This document shows, in pieces, positions 16,316-20,000 of a DNA stretch of 20,000 nt. The position numbers were made by a program, and so were the translations under genes. The notes under the pieces are model-generated. The model was not told the origin of the DNA. It did no database searches and was given only the letters and a program-made list of their open reading frames with translations. Location: the IMG/VR virus record IMGVR_UViG_3300021376_000001. The stretch is one strand, 5' to 3'. Position 1 is the stretch's first letter. Every line of letters starts with the position of its first letter. This DNA comes from an uncultured virus (IMG/VR IMGVR_UViG_3300021376_000001) (lineage: Duplodnaviria > Heunggongvirae > Uroviricota > Caudoviricetes).

Positions 16316-16496
16316 CGGACGAATTGGAAGCGAGATCATGAGCGGCAAGCATGGCATCAGATGTGCGCCATGCAGTAACGAGGAATTGGGCGAAAGACTC
16401 AGGCGTCATCTGTTCATTGCTGTTCATAAATTCCGGCAGCAATGCCAGAAGGGAAACGGCGGCGAACAAATCGCGTTTGGTGATGGAGTCAGTCAT
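16308..16496 (-). CDS. Small phage hypothetical protein (62 aa)
   Basis: ITKRDLFAA...AWRTSDAMLAA matches the common phage 'RDxFAA...ADAMLA' family; short overlaps with both neighbours. Confidence 0.75.
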   Translation of the reverse strand: MTDSITKRDLFAAVSLLALLPEFMNSNEQMTPESFAQFLVTAWRTSDAMLAAHDLASNSSDA

Positions 16497-16855
16497 TGAA
16501 CGAGGCGGAGGCGGGATACTGCATGGACACTAATGCGGGCAGGATGCCGCAAGCCGGCATCCCATTCCACTTGAGCTTTCTGTACCTTGCGTCCCCGAGA
16601 GTCAAGCTCAGACTGAAGGGAGACAATGGTGCCGTGAAAACCTGAATAGATCCACCCGGCGGCCGTAAACGAGAGTAGGACCACTCGTTCTCCGATAGCA
16701 AAAACATGGGCAGATGAAGACCGAAGAGATTGTTTGAATCGCTCAGGGGGCAAAACCCTAAGAAACAGTTCGGAGGTTTCGCCAGATTCCACGGCCCTGC
16801 AAAATGTCTTTCTGGCATCGAGCAGGGTTACGCTAGATAAAAAGGAAAAAACCAT
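16493..16855 (-). CDS. Hypothetical protein with an SH3/KOW-like C-terminal part (start uncertain)
   Basis: FAIGERVVL...HGTIVS...AQVEWD...HAVSRLRLV; the stop overlaps the next ATG (ATGA). Confidence 0.6.
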   Translation of the reverse strand: MVFSFLSSVTLLDARKTFCRAVESGETSELFLRVLPPERFKQSLRSSSAHVFAIGERVVLLSFTAAGWIYSGFHGTIVSLQSELDSRGRKVQKAQVEWDAGLRHPARISVHAVSRLRLVQ

Positions 16856-17243
16856 GCAATACAGCTTGCCTGTGATTCTTGATTACGATGGGAGGAAATG
16901 TCTTGCCACCATGGGTCCGTTTGAGCGCAGTCTAGAGCGCGACTTTTCTTTGGCCGTAAATAAGAAGGCCATTGAAGAGTGCGACGATCCGGTCAGGCTT
17001 AAGGAAGTGGCCACTAACCTCCTGATGGGCTGGAGCAATATGCAAGGGGCAATTGGCAGCCTCGTAAAAGAGAACATGCAATTGCGTCATGCTATGGCTG
17101 TCCAAGACAGTGATTTAAGAGCCGCAGAGCAGCTCCTTAACGAAGTGGTGGCAAATGCTGATCACCAATCAGGCTCTGGTCTCTCCAGCAGGCCTCGCCA
17201 AGCATCGCGACCCAATTGGAATCTTTGGCCGTGGCAGATGTGA
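16854..17243 (+). CDS. Helical protein with an NblA-like segment (129 aa; start at ATG 16854)
   Basis: AAGGA upstream. SLERDFSLAVNKKAIEECDDPVRLKEVATNLLMGWSNMQGAIGSLVKE resembles the NblA helix-loop-helix (sLEqqF...) and is followed by a coiled coil. Confidence 0.55.
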   Translation: MQYSLPVILDYDGRKCLATMGPFERSLERDFSLAVNKKAIEECDDPVRLKEVATNLLMGWSNMQGAIGSLVKENMQLRHAMAVQDSDLRAAEQLLNEVVANADHQSGSGLSSRPRQASRPNWNLWPWQM

Positions 17244-17538
17244 GCAAATACACTTTCCAGCCACACATGGTGGCAAGGTTGTATTTTCTTGCATCGCGTT
17301 CATAGCCTGATCCAGTGACGTGGCGGCCACGCATATATGTGCCGCCTTGAATCTCAATGATGCTTTGCGATGAAATGTGGGCAAAGTCTGCCCGATAACG
17401 CCGGGAGCGTTTGCTTTTTGCGTAGCGCTCTTGGTAGTCCGATTCCCAGCCAGGAACATCAGAGAATTCTCTGACAAGTTCCAGCATTGGCCATTTCACC
17501 TGCCAAAGAGCATGGAAATCTTCTTCAAGAGCGCTCAA
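17137..17538 (-). CDS. Vsr/DUF559-like PD-(D/E)XK endonuclease (133 aa, TTG start)
   Basis: SALEEDF...RRYRADFA...IIEIQGG...GRH...GYERDARKYNLA...GWKV. Confidence 0.85.
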   Translation of the reverse strand: MSALEEDFHALWQVKWPMLELVREFSDVPGWESDYQERYAKSKRSRRYRADFAHISSQSIIEIQGGTYMRGRHVTGSGYERDARKYNLATMCGWKVYLLTSATAKDSNWVAMLGEACWRDQSLIGDQHLPPLR

Positions 17539-17541
17539 TGA

Positions 17542-18132
17542 TTAGACAGTAGCTAGTTGTACACTAGCTCCTGCATTTTGGTACTTCCCATTGCCATAGG
17601 CATTGGTCGATGACGACGAGGAACGCATCATTACCACTTGCACTATGCCTTCATTGGCATAGATGCGAGCGGGGTAGCCATTGGTGTTGACAATGCACAT
17701 AGTCAAATGACCAGTCCAACCAGGCTCAATGGGCGTCACATTAACGATCACGCCACAGCGGGCATAGGTGGATTTGCCGTAGCACAAGCCAATCACATTC
17801 TTTGGCATTGAAACGCGCTCCAGGCTTACGCCAAGGCCGTAGGAATGCGGAGGGATGCGAAAATAAGCGCCTTCGGGCGCGTAGTTCAAACAGCTCTCGT
17901 AGGGGATGGTGTCGTCAAAAGCCTTGGGATCGAGCTCTCCCTTGCGCTTGCTGTAGTCCTTGCTGACAATCAAAAACTGATCAGGTGACAAACGAATGTC
18001 ATAACCAGCGTGAGATAGCCCAAAAGAAAGAGCAGATACGCCCGACTCCAGTACTTTGCATTTTTCGCCCGTAAAGGGAAAGAACACATCAGCCTCAGCC
18101 AGAGCAGTGATGTCGCGGTCATTGAGCAACAT
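17542..18132 (-). CDS. dcd: dCTP deaminase (196 aa)
   Basis: MLLNDRDI, SFGLSHAGYDIRL, GKSTYARCG, VTPIEPGWTGHLT, IYANEGIVQ, GKYQ. Confidence 0.95.
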   Translation of the reverse strand: MLLNDRDITALAEADVFFPFTGEKCKVLESGVSALSFGLSHAGYDIRLSPDQFLIVSKDYSKRKGELDPKAFDDTIPYESCLNYAPEGAYFRIPPHSYGLGVSLERVSMPKNVIGLCYGKSTYARCGVIVNVTPIEPGWTGHLTMCIVNTNGYPARIYANEGIVQVVMMRSSSSSTNAYGNGKYQNAGASVQLATV

Positions 18133-18137
18133 TGATT

Positions 18138-18171
18138 TAAAAAGAAAGAACAAAGGGGCGCAGAGCGCCCC
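18138..18171 (-). terminator. Intrinsic terminator downstream of the SSB-like gene
   Basis: On the - strand: GGGGCGC-TCT-GCGCCCC followed by TTTGTTCTTTCTTTTT, 7 nt after the stop codon at 18179. Confidence 0.7.
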
Positions 18172-18178
18172 CGGTTGA

Positions 18179-18454
18179 TCAGAACAAATCGTCAGAAGAC
18201 GACTTAACACTGGTGCCACTAGAACGACCAGTGTTGTCCCACATCGAGGCATAGCCCTTGGCGCCATTCATCTTGCCTTTTACTTGCACTTGGCCAGTAA
18301 AACCAGGCTGAGTGTCGCTGGTGCGGCGATCATTGGTCCACAGAGATGCCTGCAGGCTATAGAGGCCACGGTCGTTGGGACCGGCCTCCTTGGCTTCGCG
18401 GAACACGTCTGCGGGGATGTCGATAGAGACTTTGTACAAAGGCTGAGTAGCCAT
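18179..18454 (-). CDS. Putative single-stranded DNA-binding protein, DUF736-like (91 aa)
   Basis: LWTNDRRTSDTQPGFTGQV...ASMWDN motif and an acidic-aromatic tail (SSSDDLF) typical of SSBs; adjacent to the exonuclease. Confidence 0.6.
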   Translation of the reverse strand: MATQPLYKVSIDIPADVFREAKEAGPNDRGLYSLQASLWTNDRRTSDTQPGFTGQVQVKGKMNGAKGYASMWDNTGRSSGTSVKSSSDDLF

Positions 18455-18502
18455 GGAAAACAGAAAGAGAACGGAACAACAGTAGCGACTACAGACTTGA
18501 AA

Positions 18503-19297
18503 TCAAGCTCCCCTGTCCGTAGAAATTGTGAAAGGCATAGCCCCTGGATACCATTGGAAAAAGTAATCCTGAGTCTTTTGTGCCATCACACCAGCTTGCG
18601 CTACCAATTCGCTGGAATCCAAGCTCACGATTTGAGCCTGTTCACCCTCCCCCGTGTCGGGGTCGTAGATGGCTATTGCGCAATACGCCTGATTGATTTC
18701 GATGTCATACATCTGCTCAATGGCTTGCGCATAGGCACCAAGCTGCATGCGGTAATCACCAAGTTGGTTATCCTTCTTGGCTTTGTAACTGGTCTTCCAA
18801 TCCAGGAGGGCATAGGAGCCGTCTTTCATGGTTGCCAACATGTCAAATGTGCCTGAATAGCCAATTTGCCTGGCCGGGCAATACCAGGCAATAGCGCTTT
18901 CGACAAGCACTGGCTCGCCGATGGTGTCAAGAAAAGACTGAACGGAAAAATAGTAAGGGGCAAATTTTGAGCACTTGTCCAGATGCTCCTCAATATCTTC
19001 TCCATTGAACAAGTCTTCTAAAACGCCATGCAGCCAATTGCCACGTTCCGTGGCCTCGCGGGTGCGGCGATTGGCCTCCTCGTCTCCTACTTTCTTGCGC
19101 CAATTGACGAGAGCCATCACTTTTCCTACAGGCGCCATAGTGGAGCCCACAGTGGTTACAGACGGCAGAACAATCCCCACCGGTACATTGGGGAAGTCGT
19201 CACAAATGTAGTGACGCTTCTTGTTGATTTGAATGCGATGAGGTTCGTAGCGGGGAAGGGTCATAAGACGCGCTAGCTGGAGATCGAAGCAGGCCAT
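18503..19297 (-). CDS. PD-(D/E)XK exonuclease (phage Cas4-like/MGME1-like family, 264 aa)
   Basis: PSVTTV, WRKKVGDEEANR, RGNWLH, GYSGTFDML, LLDWKTS, QLGAYAQA. Confidence 0.9.
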   Translation of the reverse strand: MACFDLQLARLMTLPRYEPHRIQINKKRHYICDDFPNVPVGIVLPSVTTVGSTMAPVGKVMALVNWRKKVGDEEANRRTREATERGNWLHGVLEDLFNGEDIEEHLDKCSKFAPYYFSVQSFLDTIGEPVLVESAIAWYCPARQIGYSGTFDMLATMKDGSYALLDWKTSYKAKKDNQLGDYRMQLGAYAQAIEQMYDIEINQAYCAIAIYDPDTGEGEQAQIVSLDSSELVAQAGVMAQKTQDYFFQWYPGAMPFTISTDRGA

Positions 19298-19488
19298 CAG
19301 TGGCTATAACGTCGGCAATAGCTCCCTGATGTGTAATAGTTCAAGGGACAAGCGCCATCCTTAATGACGACATTGGTGGCATGTCGTAGCGGCACACAAT
19401 AATTTCCATTAGTGATGTAATTAATTGGACACCCTCCCACTTTTTGCACTGGTTGCGCCAATTGCGCGAGGAGAAGAAAACTAATCAT
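19297..19488 (-). CDS. Small, possibly secreted Cys-repeat protein (63 aa)
   Basis: Hydrophobic N-terminus MISFLLLAQLA, then two KxGxCPxNYxTxGxYC repeats; short overlaps with both neighbours. Confidence 0.75.
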   Translation of the reverse strand: MISFLLLAQLAQPVQKVGGCPINYITNGNYCVPLRHATNVVIKDGACPLNYYTSGSYCRRYSH

Positions 19489-19838
19489 TTTTCATTTATA
19501 TCCCAGAAATATTCGCAGCCCTCATCATCATGTGGCGGTGTAGAAAAATAGCTTTGGAAATGGCTTTCAGGCGCGACGTGCCGCCAACACATTTTCTTGA
19601 CAGGGCAATCATCGCCGTTGCACATTGCAATGTCAGGCATGAGAACTGTGTTAACAAGAGTACGAAGATAAAGATAATCGCAGAGACCACTATCCAGAAT
19701 GCACTTGATAGCGTTAGCAATGCGACGATGCGAGCTGAGCGTGTCATCCGGGAAATCCCAATAGGCTTCATTGGCTTTCTCCAGCAAACTCGTTTTCAAA
19801 TCGTTTGGCGCCATAAAGGAGTGCGATTTTGTTTTCAT
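19485..19838 (-). CDS. Hypothetical protein with a Cys-rich C-terminal domain (start uncertain: 19814, 19838 or 19844)
   Basis: C-terminal MPDIAMCNGDDCPVKKMCWRH...QSYF...CEYFW resembles a recurrent small phage domain. Confidence 0.7.
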   Translation of the reverse strand: MKTKSHSFMAPNDLKTSLLEKANEAYWDFPDDTLSSHRRIANAIKCILDSGLCDYLYLRTLVNTVLMPDIAMCNGDDCPVKKMCWRHVAPESHFQSYFSTPPHDDEGCEYFWDINEK

Positions 19839-19992
19839 TGACATAGCTTTCAAAAGCTTCAATGATGTTGCTTTGAAAGAAACCAACTGCGGCTAAATAG
19901 TTGGCAAATTCTTCCACTACTTCGTCACAGCATTCAAATGAATTCCTGAAAACAATGGTTGCATGAGCGTTCTCTCCATGGCATAGCGCCAT
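19768..19992 (-). CDS. Hypothetical protein (74 aa)
   Basis: EVVEEFANYLAAVGF...IIEAF resembles a common small phage family; near the window edge, so the start is uncertain. Confidence 0.55.
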   Translation of the reverse strand: MALCHGENAHATIVFRNSFECCDEVVEEFANYLAAVGFFQSNIIEAFESYVNENKIALLYGAKRFENEFAGESQ

Positions 19993-20000
19993 TCATGCGA

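Noticed and set aside
16853..16856. Two divergent genes sharing one CATG as overlapping start codons
   Set aside because: The start of the - strand ORF is unsupported: its first ~15 codons run through the A-rich leader of the + gene. The true start is probably further downstream.
18503..19297. CRISPR-Cas (Cas4-like nuclease)
   Set aside because: This is a stand-alone phage PD-(D/E)XK exonuclease without the four-Cys Fe-S motif. No repeat-spacer array or other cas genes are seen.
15232..19297. Modified-base pathway (e.g. PurZ/2-aminoadenine or 7-deazaguanine)
   Set aside because: Only dcd and thyX are present. No purZ, datZ, dpdA, folE/queCDE or base-transferase genes are recognisable in this window.
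1..20000. tRNA, rRNA or other structured ncRNA
   Set aside because: Intergenic gaps are all under about 100 nt and show no cloverleaf or T-loop signatures.

Overview
This window is a segment of a tailed dsDNA phage genome, most likely a cyanophage of picocyanobacteria. That host call is inferred from a cyanobacterial-type ThyX and several small ORF families I recognise from cyanophages. Positions 1-12,000 (+ strand) are a virion tail/fibre module: two paralogous lectin-like structural proteins, several fibre proteins with Mtd_N-like N-termini, a tail-fibre assembly chaperone and a gp38-like glycine-rich adhesin. Small hypothetical ORFs follow. From about 12,750 to 20,000 genes are mostly on the - strand: a lysis cassette (two small membrane proteins and a GH73 glucosaminidase fused to a YkuD/L,D-transpeptidase-like domain), then DUF3310, ThyX, a Vsr/DUF559-like nuclease, dCTP deaminase, an SSB-like protein and a PD-(D/E)XK exonuclease. 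An HNH gene and an NblA-like gene sit on the + strand within this block. The main observations are: (1) a possible plug-and-socket chain, in which genes ending in a short D/A-x-G-x-aromatic peptide are directly followed by genes starting with an Mtd_N-like domain; (2) one ~80-95 aa beta-domain apparently inserted into loops of four different structural proteins; (3) the glucosaminidase plus L,D-transpeptidase endolysin; (4) a truncated third lectin-family gene; (5) several small ORFs not called, or not called at the right start, by the ORF track. All family assignments come from motif recognition by eye; no searches were run.
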